64,000 nt of DNA from an uncultured bacterium (lineage in GTDB: Bacteria > Chloroflexota > UBA5177 > JANWHV01): positions 160,001-224,000 of the forward strand of contig CAWHAE010000014.1 of assembly GCA_963827235.1 (NCBI GenBank). Reading direction: 5' to 3'. This document shows positions 29,448 to 38,923 of the stretch, in pieces; positions within the stretch are counted from its first letter, which is position 1; the number at the start of each line of letters is the position of its first letter. The notes beneath the pieces were generated by a model, which saw only the letters and a list, made by a program, of their open reading frames with translations, did no database searches and was not told the origin of the DNA. Made by a program: the position numbers and the translations under genes.

Positions 29448-30278
29448 CTATTCGGTCGCGCATTTCCAGATTAGCAGGCTCACCAGCACGGGGATCAGAG
29501 CTAGCAGCAGAAGCGGCACCTCCAGCATGAAGCAGAGGCAAACCACAAATAGGCCCTGCACGCCGGCGCACGCCGCCAGCCAGTTGCGGTCTTCCTGTCC
29601 CACCAGGTTGACGAGGAAGCGCGTGCTCCAGCCCGACGGCTCCTCGATCAGGTCGGTCGTCGCCTGGGACCAGCCCAGCTTGCGTTCAATGCGCTCGAGG
29701 CGAGCTCGCCTCTCGTCCTGCACGCGCGCACCGGCCAGAAGCACCCTGCCCGCCTCGCTCACCGCCGTCTCGAGATGCGTCACGATGCAGTCCAAGCCAA
29801 GCATCATGACGGCGTCGACGGTCGTGATTGGCTCATATGCGCGAGCCAGCGCTCCGGTAGAACCGCTTTCTTCGCGCTCGGGACTCGGGGTCACCCGTGC
29901 CCAGCACACCGCCGTCGAGTCGATGAGCTCCTGCTCCTGCTCCGTCGGCCGGTACAGGTCGCGTAGGTGCCCGAAGCGGCCCAGCTCGACCTGATCCTCC
30001 TGCCGGCCGCTGCCTGCCGAAAAGACCACGGTAGGCTGCGGCAGCTGATCCCATATTCGTGCGCTCGCTTCCAGGACCGCGTTGGCGGCCCAGACCTCGC
30101 GCTCGAGCAGCTCAGCAGCAACGTGCTTCTGCTCTTGCCAGTACATTGCCAACGTCACACACGTGTCGGGAAGCGCGGATTCACCATGCACGGCCCGCAG
30201 GAGATCCTCCCGGAACGCGCTGCTGTCTCGAGTGCTGATTGCGCAAGAACTGAAGCTGGGCTGTTCCATGCCATTCAT
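29448..30278 (-). CDS. Hypothetical protein with two C-terminal TM helices
   Basis: Glu/Leu-rich helical body and hydrophobic C-terminal hairpin; fills the gap between genes. Confidence 0.6.
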   Translation of the reverse strand: MNGMEQPSFSSCAISTRDSSAFREDLLRAVHGESALPDTCVTLAMYWQEQKHVAAELLEREVWAANAVLEASARIWDQLPQPTVVFSAGSGRQEDQVELGRFGHLRDLYRPTEQEQELIDSTAVCWARVTPSPEREESGSTGALARAYEPITTVDAVMMLGLDCIVTHLETAVSEAGRVLLAGARVQDERRARLERIERKLGWSQATTDLIEEPSGWSTRFLVNLVGQEDRNWLAACAGVQGLFVVCLCFMLEVPLLLLALIPVLVSLLIWKCATE

Positions 30279-30615
30279 CCCTAGTCGTCCGCCCGCCGCG
30301 TCCGTGGAAGCCGGCGAGGAGTCAGTGCGACCTTGGCTGTGCCCCGGTCGCTGCTACGAGCAGCCGTCATACAAAGGGTCTAGGGGGGCTGCAGGCCTCC
30401 GCCTGCAGGAGCGTCTCAACGCCGAGTGGACCGGCGACTGATCGGTCAGCACACCAGCCATTTTACGCTGTCTGATCTATCAATACGACATCAGCGCCGT
30501 TTTGCCAAACCCTGCCGTGGGTGCGATCGGCAGGCTGCCGGGGGGCCTGGTGCCTTTTCGCCTGTCTAGAGCCGGGGCGCGCACGCGCACGGATCCGGCT
30601 GCCTGCCGGCATAGG

Positions 30616-30644
30616 TTGACAAGATTCCCGACTGGGAACACAAT
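30616..30644 (+). promoter_or_regulatory. Sigma70-like promoter with a dyad in the spacer
   Basis: TTGACA-17 bp-CACAAT; TTCCC-N4-GGGAA at 30625-30638. Confidence 0.55.
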
Positions 30645-30708
30645 ATATAGTGTGTAGACGACTCAAGCTACTACATAGCGCGTGCTGGCGCGGAGGTGGT
30701 ATCTACAT

Positions 30709-31014
30709 ATGGATGCGACGGGGACGAGCGCCGGCGCGAACCGCCGGCTGATACCGCCCAGGATCGGTTGCGAACAGGCACTGGTGCTGCGGCGCCTCAC
30801 TGGACGCTGGCTTCTGCTGCGCGATGGCGAAGCCGTACGCTGGTGCTCCGATCGCGGCTATCCCGTGCCCCCGTTCCGGACCGTGCGGCGCAGTGTTGTG
30901 GAGTCGCTGGCTCGACACGGTTGTTTGCGCCCGGTAACGCTTCGTGCCGGTCGCCGGTATCTTTCAATCAGCAACGCGGGCCTGCAGGCACTCGCCAGGC
31001 ACGATCGCGGGTAG
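30709..31014 (+). CDS. Small basic protein, possible winged helix
   Basis: GGAGGT RBS; VVESLARHGCL...YLSISNAGLQAL resembles a wHTH helix-wing-helix. Confidence 0.55.
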   Translation: MDATGTSAGANRRLIPPRIGCEQALVLRRLTGRWLLLRDGEAVRWCSDRGYPVPPFRTVRRSVVESLARHGCLRPVTLRAGRRYLSISNAGLQALARHDRG

Positions 31015-31175
31015 CGTCCCCTCCGGTCCAGGCCACTCCTCCTTTCTGGGCTATAGCGTCCGGCGCCGTGTTCTGTTCCAATAGCAGAGGTGCGGCGGCG
31101 GCGCCGTGCTCAGGCACTCGGCTCGACGAGACGTCGAAATCGCCGGCACCGGGCACTGGAAAGGAACCAGGTATC

Positions 31176-32213
31176 GTGAGTTTGCAGCGAGCAGTCCACG
31201 CTGGCTGCGCTCTGGTTCTTACCACACTTCTCGTGACGGTGTTTCGCAGCGGCGCTGCCCGAAACATCCTGTCTGCGGCTGCTCGTGTCGGAGCGCCTAC
31301 CCTCGTCCTCGCCCTGGCACTCACGATCGGGTCCATGCTTGCTTACGGCGCGATCTGGACGTGGGTGCTGCGGTCGATGGGCTCGCGTGCGCCCGCAAAG
31401 CTCGGACTGGCCGTCTATGCCGGATCGGGTCTGGCCTCCTACGCCGGATCGGGTGCCGGAGCGCTGGCGGAGTGTGTCGTGCTGCTGCGGCGGCACGGCA
31501 TCTGCGCAGGACGTGCCACTCTTCTGCTCGCCTTTGGCAGTTTGATTGGCTTCTGCGGATCGGTAATCTGGGCTCCCTGGGGACTGTCGCTGCTGCAGAC
31601 CTCTTCAGTAATGCGGGCACTGCCCGCTGTTGGTGCTCATGGCATGGTGGCTGCTACCTCGGTGACGGCAGTATGTGGAGTAGGCTCGTTGGGCGTGCTG
31701 CTGCTGCTTGCATCAGCGCCTCGTCTCGGACGGCGAACCCGTCTCATACGTGTCATCTCGGGCTCTTCGAGTGTGCCACTGTGCGTCTCAGTGCCCGGAT
31801 TGCTCATGCTCGTGCCCTGCTCGGCGGCGGCATGGCTCGTGGGAGCTAGTCCGCTCTGGCTTTTGGTAAGCGCGGCCGAGCCCCATGCCGCTATGTCGCT
31901 CGCCGCGGCAGTCGGCATCCAGTCTATGGCGGCGGTGGCAGGCAGCGTGACGTTCTTCCTGCCCAGCGGCCTCGGCGCCCGCGACGGTGCCATCGCGGCG
32001 CTCCTGGTCGCAGTGGCAGGGGTCTCGATCCCCTCGGCGGCGGCGATCGCCATACTCCTCCGGGCCAGCGACCCGATTGCAAAACTGCTCATCGTGGCCG
32101 GCCTTGCCGCGTGGCACAGGGCAGGGCTAGTGATCTCTGCCGACGCCCGTTACGCCGACTACGCTCTCCGCTCCAGCGAGGCGGAAGCCACTCAGTCCGA
32201 GCGAGTTGCCTGA
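31176..32213 (+). CDS. Second UPF0104 / LPG-synthase-like membrane protein
   Basis: W..VLR.MG, FFLPSGLGARDG, AILLR motifs. Confidence 0.75.
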   Translation: MSLQRAVHAGCALVLTTLLVTVFRSGAARNILSAAARVGAPTLVLALALTIGSMLAYGAIWTWVLRSMGSRAPAKLGLAVYAGSGLASYAGSGAGALAECVVLLRRHGICAGRATLLLAFGSLIGFCGSVIWAPWGLSLLQTSSVMRALPAVGAHGMVAATSVTAVCGVGSLGVLLLLASAPRLGRRTRLIRVISGSSSVPLCVSVPGLLMLVPCSAAAWLVGASPLWLLVSAAEPHAAMSLAAAVGIQSMAAVAGSVTFFLPSGLGARDGAIAALLVAVAGVSIPSAAAIAILLRASDPIAKLLIVAGLAAWHRAGLVISADARYADYALRSSEAEATQSERVA

Positions 32214-32307
32214 GCCGGCTCGGCCTCTATCCGCGCCAGTGCTCCACACGCTCTTCCCCCTTGGGCGATAGCCGCCGATACTTACTCCTAGGACTAGCAG
32301 GAGGACC

Positions 32308-33840
32308 ATGGGCGGCAAGCACGAGGCCGTGGAAGCGGTCGAGGCACTGTTGCGCTCGAGCGGTATCGACGTCTCGAAAGGCTCGCCAGGCAGAGCCAGG
32401 CGCACCGGACGGGCGCGCAGCCTCGTTGCTCGCGTGAGGCGGTGGCTGCTGCTTCGCATCGCTCACTTGGCGCTGTGCGTGTGCCTTGCCGCGGTGATGG
32501 TCGGCTCATGGTCGACCGGCGGCGCTGGAGACCCGATCTTTCCACCCACGGCGCCGCCCGGCGCATTGAGAGTTGGGACTGTCGATCCAAGATTCGGAGT
32601 CGTGCAGGCGTACGACGCGCCTGCCCAGGCGGCGCTCCTGCCCATCGGCTGGGAGCGCATGCCGTTCTGGTGGAAGGAGCTCCAGAAGACCGGCCCGGAT
32701 TCATGGGATCCCTTTGCTACCGACCACGACCGCATCATCGATCAGGAGCTCAGCCATGGGCGGACAATCGTGGGCCTGCTGATCAACACGCCGGATTGGG
32801 CGGCTGCCGATCCCGCCTTGCACGGTGCCTCGCCCCCGAAGGGACTGTATCAGCCGTACGACAGCGCCCAGAACTACTGGGGTCACTTCGTTGGGCTGAT
32901 CGCGAAGCGGTACGCGGGCCGCATTGACGACTGGATCATCTGGAACGAGGTCAACATTCCCAGCGGCCACTGGAAGACGTGGGGAGGCACAGCCGCCGAT
33001 TACGCGCAGCTCCTGAAAGTGGCCTACCGGGCCGCCAAGGCCGCCAATCCGCGCGCGCGCATTGTCCTGGCGGGCGATCCCTATTGGTATGACCATGGAG
33101 CCTTCTTCAGCGGTCTACTCGCTACGCTGGCCCGGGATCCGGCGGCGCGATCCAACCACGACTTCTTCGACGCAGCCAACCTGCACCTCTACAGTCGGCC
33201 TAGCGACATCGTCACCGTCGTGAGCTGGTACCGGTCGGCGATGGCCAGGGCAGGCATCGACAAGCCGATATGGATCTCGGAGATGAACGCCATCCCGTAC
33301 GACGATACGGTCCGCACGTACCCTCGCGGCAACTACCGGACTACCGTGGACGACCAGGCGTCGTACATCCTGCAGGCATTTGCCCTCGCTCTTGCGGAGG
33401 GAGTACAGCGTATCGAAGTCAACCGCATGGTCGATGGCACCGACTTCAAGGCGGGAGGCGAGCCCTTCGGGCTCGTCCGAAACGACGGCAGCGCGCGGCC
33501 GGCATTCTATGCGTACAGGACCGCGGCCATGCTGTTCGCGGGTGCGACGGGCGGTATGGCCGGTTACGACGCGCTGGACGGCGTGTACACCGTGACGCTG
33601 CACAGCCCCGGCGCCCGCGTGACGATCGTATGGGACCAGCATCCGGCGGCGGTCGCGATTGCACTCTCTGCGCCTGCCGGCGCCGAAGCGTTCGACAAGT
33701 TTGGCCAGCGATTGCCGCTGGTCGTTCGTGGCGGCATCACGCGCGTCGACCTGACCGGCTCAACGGGTAACACGAACTCGGCCAACCCCAAGGACTACGT
33801 CATCGGCGGCAACCCCGTCGTCGTCGTGATGCCCGGCTGA
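32308..33840 (+). CDS. Membrane-anchored or secreted clan GH-A glycoside hydrolase (GH39/GH5-like)
   Basis: N-terminal hydrophobic helix; TPDWA, WIIWNEVN (acid/base), NLHLY, IWISEMN (nucleophile), FGLVR.DG..RPA. Confidence 0.8.
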   Translation: MGGKHEAVEAVEALLRSSGIDVSKGSPGRARRTGRARSLVARVRRWLLLRIAHLALCVCLAAVMVGSWSTGGAGDPIFPPTAPPGALRVGTVDPRFGVVQAYDAPAQAALLPIGWERMPFWWKELQKTGPDSWDPFATDHDRIIDQELSHGRTIVGLLINTPDWAAADPALHGASPPKGLYQPYDSAQNYWGHFVGLIAKRYAGRIDDWIIWNEVNIPSGHWKTWGGTAADYAQLLKVAYRAAKAANPRARIVLAGDPYWYDHGAFFSGLLATLARDPAARSNHDFFDAANLHLYSRPSDIVTVVSWYRSAMARAGIDKPIWISEMNAIPYDDTVRTYPRGNYRTTVDDQASYILQAFALALAEGVQRIEVNRMVDGTDFKAGGEPFGLVRNDGSARPAFYAYRTAAMLFAGATGGMAGYDALDGVYTVTLHSPGARVTIVWDQHPAAVAIALSAPAGAEAFDKFGQRLPLVVRGGITRVDLTGSTGNTNSANPKDYVIGGNPVVVVMPG

Positions 33841-34020
33841 GCCCGTGCTGTCCGATCGGCCCTGCCGGTCGCGCCGGATCTGGGTGACGCTCGGCATGCC
33901 ACGCCTCTGCCTAACGACCGTGGTGCCCTGTCGCCTCGCCGCGTACGATCGTCAACTGAAGGCGCGGTGCAGCGATACAGGGAGGTATCGCAAGCGGCCT
34001 GAGGGAGTTGAGGCAGAGCG

Positions 34021-34389
34021 ATGATGGCCGTACCCGTCCAGTTGCTGATCGTCGACGAACATGCACAGGTTCGACAGGCGATCGCGCAGAGGCTGCGCCG
34101 CCTGCCGGGGGCGATCATTCTTGGCGCCGTGTCGGACGTGGCCACCGCCGTACCGTTGGTACGAACTCTACGCCCGGACGTCGTGCTGTTCGAGCCCAAG
34201 ACGTCGGATGGCAGACGCCGGCACGGCCTGGAGCCACTCCTCAACGCCGGCAGCCCCGTCGTGGTGTGGACCTCCTCTCTGGAGGACGACGAGGCTGACG
34301 GCTACCTGCGCGCCGGGGCGAGCGCAGTTCTGCTCAAGAACACCAACATGCCGGAGTTGATCCGGACACTGGCCTCCATCGAGGCTTGA
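34021..34389 (+). CDS. Atypical stand-alone receiver domain (Glu at the phosphoacceptor position)
   Basis: LLIVDEH, PDVVLFE, VVWTS, GA..VLLK. Confidence 0.75.
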   Translation: MMAVPVQLLIVDEHAQVRQAIAQRLRRLPGAIILGAVSDVATAVPLVRTLRPDVVLFEPKTSDGRRRHGLEPLLNAGSPVVVWTSSLEDDEADGYLRAGASAVLLKNTNMPELIRTLASIEA

Positions 34390-34578
34390 CGACGCCGGTA
34401 GTTGCGACCCCGGCCCCGTTCAAGCCTCGCGTTAGGGGCCGTTTGGGGCGCGGCGCATGCCCGAACGGCACATCTCTTCAGAGCAAACTCCTATTTGCGC
34501 GATCGTGGCCGGGGCTTACGCTGGTGCCAGAGCCCGGACCGCCAGGGATTGTAGAGCGCACTAGGAACAGGCACGAGA

Positions 34579-34974
34579 ATGGGAGACACGACGGCATTGC
34601 GGTTCGATGCCAGGGCGACGTCGATCATCGCTGAACACCACGGCCAGTGGCTGCATAAGGTCCTGCGACTGGATATCGACCGCACGTATGGCCGCGGCGG
34701 GCCATACTATCTGGTACGGCTTCGCTGGACCATGCGCACGCGGGTAGAGAAGGACCCGGGGCTTGTCTGCACCAGCGGACCCTGCGGAGTGCACGTCTTC
34801 ATCGAGCGCCGTCTCTGGAGATACCTGGCCTGGCATCCGCTGCGAGTGCACGGGTTCGCGTTCGGCCCGTTCAGGCACCTGGTGCCGGAGGCCGGGCCGT
34901 GTTTCATCGACGACTTGCGAGCATGGGAGGCGACGCACCCCACGGTCGGTCTCACCGGCTCACCGGCAGCCTGA
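34579..34974 (+). CDS. Hypothetical protein (131 aa)
   Basis: Protein-like composition; converges cleanly on the permease gene. Confidence 0.6.
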   Translation: MGDTTALRFDARATSIIAEHHGQWLHKVLRLDIDRTYGRGGPYYLVRLRWTMRTRVEKDPGLVCTSGPCGVHVFIERRLWRYLAWHPLRVHGFAFGPFRHLVPEAGPCFIDDLRAWEATHPTVGLTGSPAA

Positions 34975-35078
34975 TCCGCCGGCCGAGCGAGCCGGTCCAG
35001 CCGGAGCAACCGACAACCAGACGCAGCCGGCAGATTGCTCTCCCAGCTGCGCCAGAAGTTGTCAGGAAGTATCCGGCC

Positions 35079-36632
35079 CTAAGCAGGCGCGACCTCGATC
35101 GCTTCGCCCAGGTCGTGCTCGATCTGCGCCATCTCTTCTGCCGTACCCTGGATGCGCGGACCTGTAAACCAGTAGCGCACGCTGGCGACATACCAGATGA
35201 CCAGAAGCGCCGTCACGCCCAGTACGACGATCGGCGTGTAGTTGAGCGTCGACCAGGAGATCGGACGATAGGTCGGCAACATGAAAAGTACTGTGATGAA
35301 CGCCACCCAGGCGATGGCGATCACGTTGATTGCGTTGCTCCACCGGCCCAGGTGCCAGATTCCCGGCACAAACGAGCTGCCGGCGCGCCAGCGAAGATAC
35401 ACCGGGATGATATAGGCGACGTAGAGCCCGATCACGGCGATTGACGTCGCGGCACCGTAGGCGACCGCGCTCCAGAGCGACGGCAGTGCAAGTGCCCAGG
35501 ACAGCATCGCGCCAGCCACGATGGCGTTCACGGGCGTGCGGGTGCTCTTGTTCAGCGAGTGCCAGAGCCCGGACAACGGCAGCGCACCGTCCCGCGAGAA
35601 GGCGTAGATCATGCGCGAGTTGCTCGTCACGCTGGACATACCGCAGTAGAACTGCGCTACTACCGCGAGGGCGAGCAACAGGGTGCCGAGCCGAGTCCCG
35701 AGGGCGCTGTTGAGCACCTGGCCAACTGCGTTCGTATTTCCTGCCAGCACGTTGAATCGCGCCAGGTCATTCGCGGCCGGGATTGACGGGATGGCGACGA
35801 CCAACGCCATGAGGAGCAGGTAGCCTGCAATGGCGGAGACCACGACGCTCATCACGATGCCCCAAGGAGCGCGAGTATCCGCGCCTATAGTCTCCTCGCT
35901 CATGTGTGCTGATGCGTCGAATCCGGTCAACGTGTACTGCGCCAGCAGCAAGCCGAGCAGAAAGCCGTACCAGGAAGAGAAGCCGCTGGTGGTAAAACCG
36001 GTAGAAAATGCGGTGCTGAACGAGTGCGCCGGCGCCTTCACGATCAGGAAGAGCACCAGCAGTCCCGTTACCGCTATATGCCACCAGACGCTCACGTCGT
36101 TGAGGAGCGCAACCAGCCGCACGCCGAGTGCATTCATGAAGGCATGCAGGGCCAGCACGACCGTGAAGGTGATCATGATCGCGTTGGCGCTCTGGGGCGT
36201 TCCCCACCAGGTGTTCATCAGGATGTTGACAAAGGTCGCGCAGCCGTAGTCGATTGCCGTGGTCACGGCAATCTGGCCTATCAGGTTGAACCAGCCGGTG
36301 AACCAGCCCCAGCCGGCGCCACCCAGTTTGGATGACCAGTAGTAGAGGCCGCCCGCCGTCGGGTATGCGGAGGCAAGCTCGGCCATGGACAGCGCCACCA
36401 TGAGCGAGAACACGCTCACAATCGGCCATCCAATGGACGCGCTCGCCGGTCCGGCCCAGCCCATGCCCAGGAAGAATGAGGTGAGGCAGCCGCTCAGGAT
36501 GGAAATGATGGTGAAGGAGATCGCGAAGTTCGAAAAGCCGCCCATGGCGCGAAACAGCTCTTGCGCGTATCCCATGCGGTGCAGGCGCTGCATGTCCCGC
36601 TGAATCAACTGGTCTCTCGTCGCCATCTTCAA
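35079..36632 (-). CDS. APC-family amino acid/amine permease
   Basis: MGYAQEL.R, FSNFAISF, ELASAYPTAGGLY, GFDASAHMSEET, AFSRDGALP. Confidence 0.93.
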   Translation of the reverse strand: MKMATRDQLIQRDMQRLHRMGYAQELFRAMGGFSNFAISFTIISILSGCLTSFFLGMGWAGPASASIGWPIVSVFSLMVALSMAELASAYPTAGGLYYWSSKLGGAGWGWFTGWFNLIGQIAVTTAIDYGCATFVNILMNTWWGTPQSANAIMITFTVVLALHAFMNALGVRLVALLNDVSVWWHIAVTGLLVLFLIVKAPAHSFSTAFSTGFTTSGFSSWYGFLLGLLLAQYTLTGFDASAHMSEETIGADTRAPWGIVMSVVVSAIAGYLLLMALVVAIPSIPAANDLARFNVLAGNTNAVGQVLNSALGTRLGTLLLALAVVAQFYCGMSSVTSNSRMIYAFSRDGALPLSGLWHSLNKSTRTPVNAIVAGAMLSWALALPSLWSAVAYGAATSIAVIGLYVAYIIPVYLRWRAGSSFVPGIWHLGRWSNAINVIAIAWVAFITVLFMLPTYRPISWSTLNYTPIVVLGVTALLVIWYVASVRYWFTGPRIQGTAEEMAQIEHDLGEAIEVAPA

Positions 36633-36638
36633 GCTCCC

Positions 36639-37403
36639 CTAGAAGTAATTGGACGTGATGCCGCCGTCGACCACGATTACCGCACCGGTGGTCCAGGATG
36701 ATTCGTCGCTGGCCAGGTACAGTCCCAGATACACGATGTCCTCGGCAGTGCCGAAGCGCCCAAGAGGGATGCGATTGAGTCGAAGGTTTCGTGCCTCTTC
36801 GCTCGTCCAGAGGCGCCGAAGCATCGGCGTCTCGATCGGACCAGGGCAGATCGCGTTCGCCCTGATGCCCTGCTTGGCGAACTGCACGGCTAGCGACTTC
36901 GTCAGGGCAATCAGGCCGCCTTTACTCATCGTGTAGACGTCCTGGGGTACTGAGCAGCCGAGCAGGGCCACAAAGGAGGCAATGTTGACAATCGAGCCTC
37001 CTCCCGACGCGATCATGTGCGGAATAGCGTGCTTGCAGGCGAATCCGGCCCCTTTGAGATTGACGTCCATCACGAGCGCGAACGTCTGGTCGCTCATGTC
37101 TACAATGGATGCGTCCTCGTTGGGCATCACGCCGGCGTTGTTGTAAAGGACGTGGAGGGCGCCATATCGCTCCCACGCCTGGTCCATGAGACGCTTCACC
37201 TCCCCGTCCGACGCCATGGTCACTTGCGCGAAGAACGACTCTCCGCCGGCGGCCGCTATCTGCGCTACCGTTTGCTCTCCGCCGGCCGCGGAGACGTCTG
37301 CCACCACGACCTTCGCACCCTCGCTCGCGAACAGCAGAGCGGCAACTCGGCCCATGCCGCCTCCGGCACCTGTGACTACCGCGACCTTGTCACGTAACCT
37401 CAT
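36639..37403 (-). CDS. Short-chain dehydrogenase/reductase
   Basis: TGAGGGMG, NNAG, YTMSK, NAICPGPIET. Confidence 0.93.
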   Translation of the reverse strand: MRLRDKVAVVTGAGGGMGRVAALLFASEGAKVVVADVSAAGGEQTVAQIAAAGGESFFAQVTMASDGEVKRLMDQAWERYGALHVLYNNAGVMPNEDASIVDMSDQTFALVMDVNLKGAGFACKHAIPHMIASGGGSIVNIASFVALLGCSVPQDVYTMSKGGLIALTKSLAVQFAKQGIRANAICPGPIETPMLRRLWTSEEARNLRLNRIPLGRFGTAEDIVYLGLYLASDESSWTTGAVIVVDGGITSNYF

Positions 37404-38765
37404 TCACACCATCTCCAGGTACCGCTCGAGCTGCCAGCGATCGACGACTCGGTTGTATTGCTCGACCTCCCAACGACGCATGGCCACGAAGTGGTCGACG
37501 AACGCCGGGCCAAAGTACTCCACCGCGGCTTCGCTGGCCGCGAACCGTTCCACCGCCTCATTGAGGGTGCGGTTGAGAGGCGGCGCAGCCCCGGCCGATA
37601 GGTCATAGGCGTTGCCGCGCGCAGCCGGAGGCAGGGCGAGGCGGTGCTCGATGCCGTACAGACCCGCGGCTACCGAGGCGGCCATGGCCAGGTAAGGATT
37701 GGCGTCCGCGCCCGGTACGCGGTTCTCCACTCGCGTGGATTTCGAGCTCCCGGGAACCATTCTGAGCGCGGTCGTGCGTGTCTCAATGCCCCAAGTCACG
37801 CCCGTCGGCGCCCACGTGCCGGCCTGATACCGCTTATACGAGTTGATGTTCGAGGCGTAGAGCACCTGGAACTCCGGCAGCAACCGCAAGACTCCTGCCG
37901 CGTAGTGCCTGGCCAGCTCGGACAGGCGGTGATCTCCGTCCGCGTCGTAGAAGAGATTGCGCTCGCCGCCGGACGACCACAAGCTCTGATGCAAGTGACC
38001 GCTGCTTCCATCCTCGCGGTCGCTCCACTTGGCCATAAACGATGCGGTCAGACCGGCCTGGCCGCACATCTCTTTGACGCCATTGCGAAAGAGCATGGCT
38101 TGGTCGGCTGCTGCGATTCCCTCGGCGTGGGCCAGGTTCATCTCGTACATGCCGGGGCCATGCTCCCGGTTGTAGCCCTCTATCTGCAGCCCGTGGTCCT
38201 GCATCATCCTTCTGATGCGAGCCAGAATGTCGTCGTCGCCCGTGGCCCGGTGGATGCTGTAGCAGCTGTTGGTCGGACTGAGCGGCTCGAGGTTCTGCCA
38301 TCCCTTCGCCCGGAGACTGCGCTGATCCTCGCGAAAGATGCGGAACTCAAGCTCCAGCGCCAGGCGCGTTGTGTAGCCGAGTGCCCCCGCCCGCTCGAGC
38401 ACGCGCTGCAGGACGTAACGCGGCGAAATCGCGGTTGGACGACCGTGTTCGTCCAGGTAGTCGCAGATCACCGATGCTACACCGACCTCCCAGGGCACAT
38501 AGCGGAAGGTCGTCAGGTCGGGGCGCGCGATGACGTCGGGGTACCCCGTCTCCCAGCCGGTGAACTTGAGATCCGGCACGAGCTCTTCCGCGATGTCCCA
38601 GCCAAAGATCACGTCGCACTGGGCAAAACCGTCCTTCAAGCCATCCAGAAATAGCTGGGCAGGCACTCGTTTCCCACGGTATACTCCGTCGAGATCGGGA
38701 CCGCCCAGCTTGATGGTGTCCACGAATCGCTCGGCGATCAGTGCGCGTAGCTCCGGGTCAGTCAT
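37404..38765 (-). CDS. Glutamine synthetase-like gamma-glutamyl-amine ligase (PuuA/GlnA3/GlnA4-like)
   Basis: D..G..RGKR, ELEF, EHGPGMYE, FMAK, GSSGHLHQSLW, NSYKR, RVENRVPGADANPY. Confidence 0.9.
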   Translation of the reverse strand: MTDPELRALIAERFVDTIKLGGPDLDGVYRGKRVPAQLFLDGLKDGFAQCDVIFGWDIAEELVPDLKFTGWETGYPDVIARPDLTTFRYVPWEVGVASVICDYLDEHGRPTAISPRYVLQRVLERAGALGYTTRLALELEFRIFREDQRSLRAKGWQNLEPLSPTNSCYSIHRATGDDDILARIRRMMQDHGLQIEGYNREHGPGMYEMNLAHAEGIAAADQAMLFRNGVKEMCGQAGLTASFMAKWSDREDGSSGHLHQSLWSSGGERNLFYDADGDHRLSELARHYAAGVLRLLPEFQVLYASNINSYKRYQAGTWAPTGVTWGIETRTTALRMVPGSSKSTRVENRVPGADANPYLAMAASVAAGLYGIEHRLALPPAARGNAYDLSAGAAPPLNRTLNEAVERFAASEAAVEYFGPAFVDHFVAMRRWEVEQYNRVVDRWQLERYLEMV

Positions 38766-38879
38766 TACACATACCTGCCGCCGCCCTCCGCCGCGCTTGT
38801 CGCCCGATCCGGGCATTTCGGTTTGCCCGAGATTTGCCGGGGAATAGACAGTATTTACTGCATCAAGTACCTTTCGACC

Positions 38880-38908
38880 AGAATATGTGTCGGGAGGATA
38901 AAGATCAA
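38880..38908 (-). promoter_or_regulatory. Sigma70-like promoter for the GS-SDR-permease operon
   Basis: TTGATC-17 bp-TATTCT on the minus strand. Confidence 0.55.
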
Positions 38909-38923
38909 GAGGCGGACTCAACG

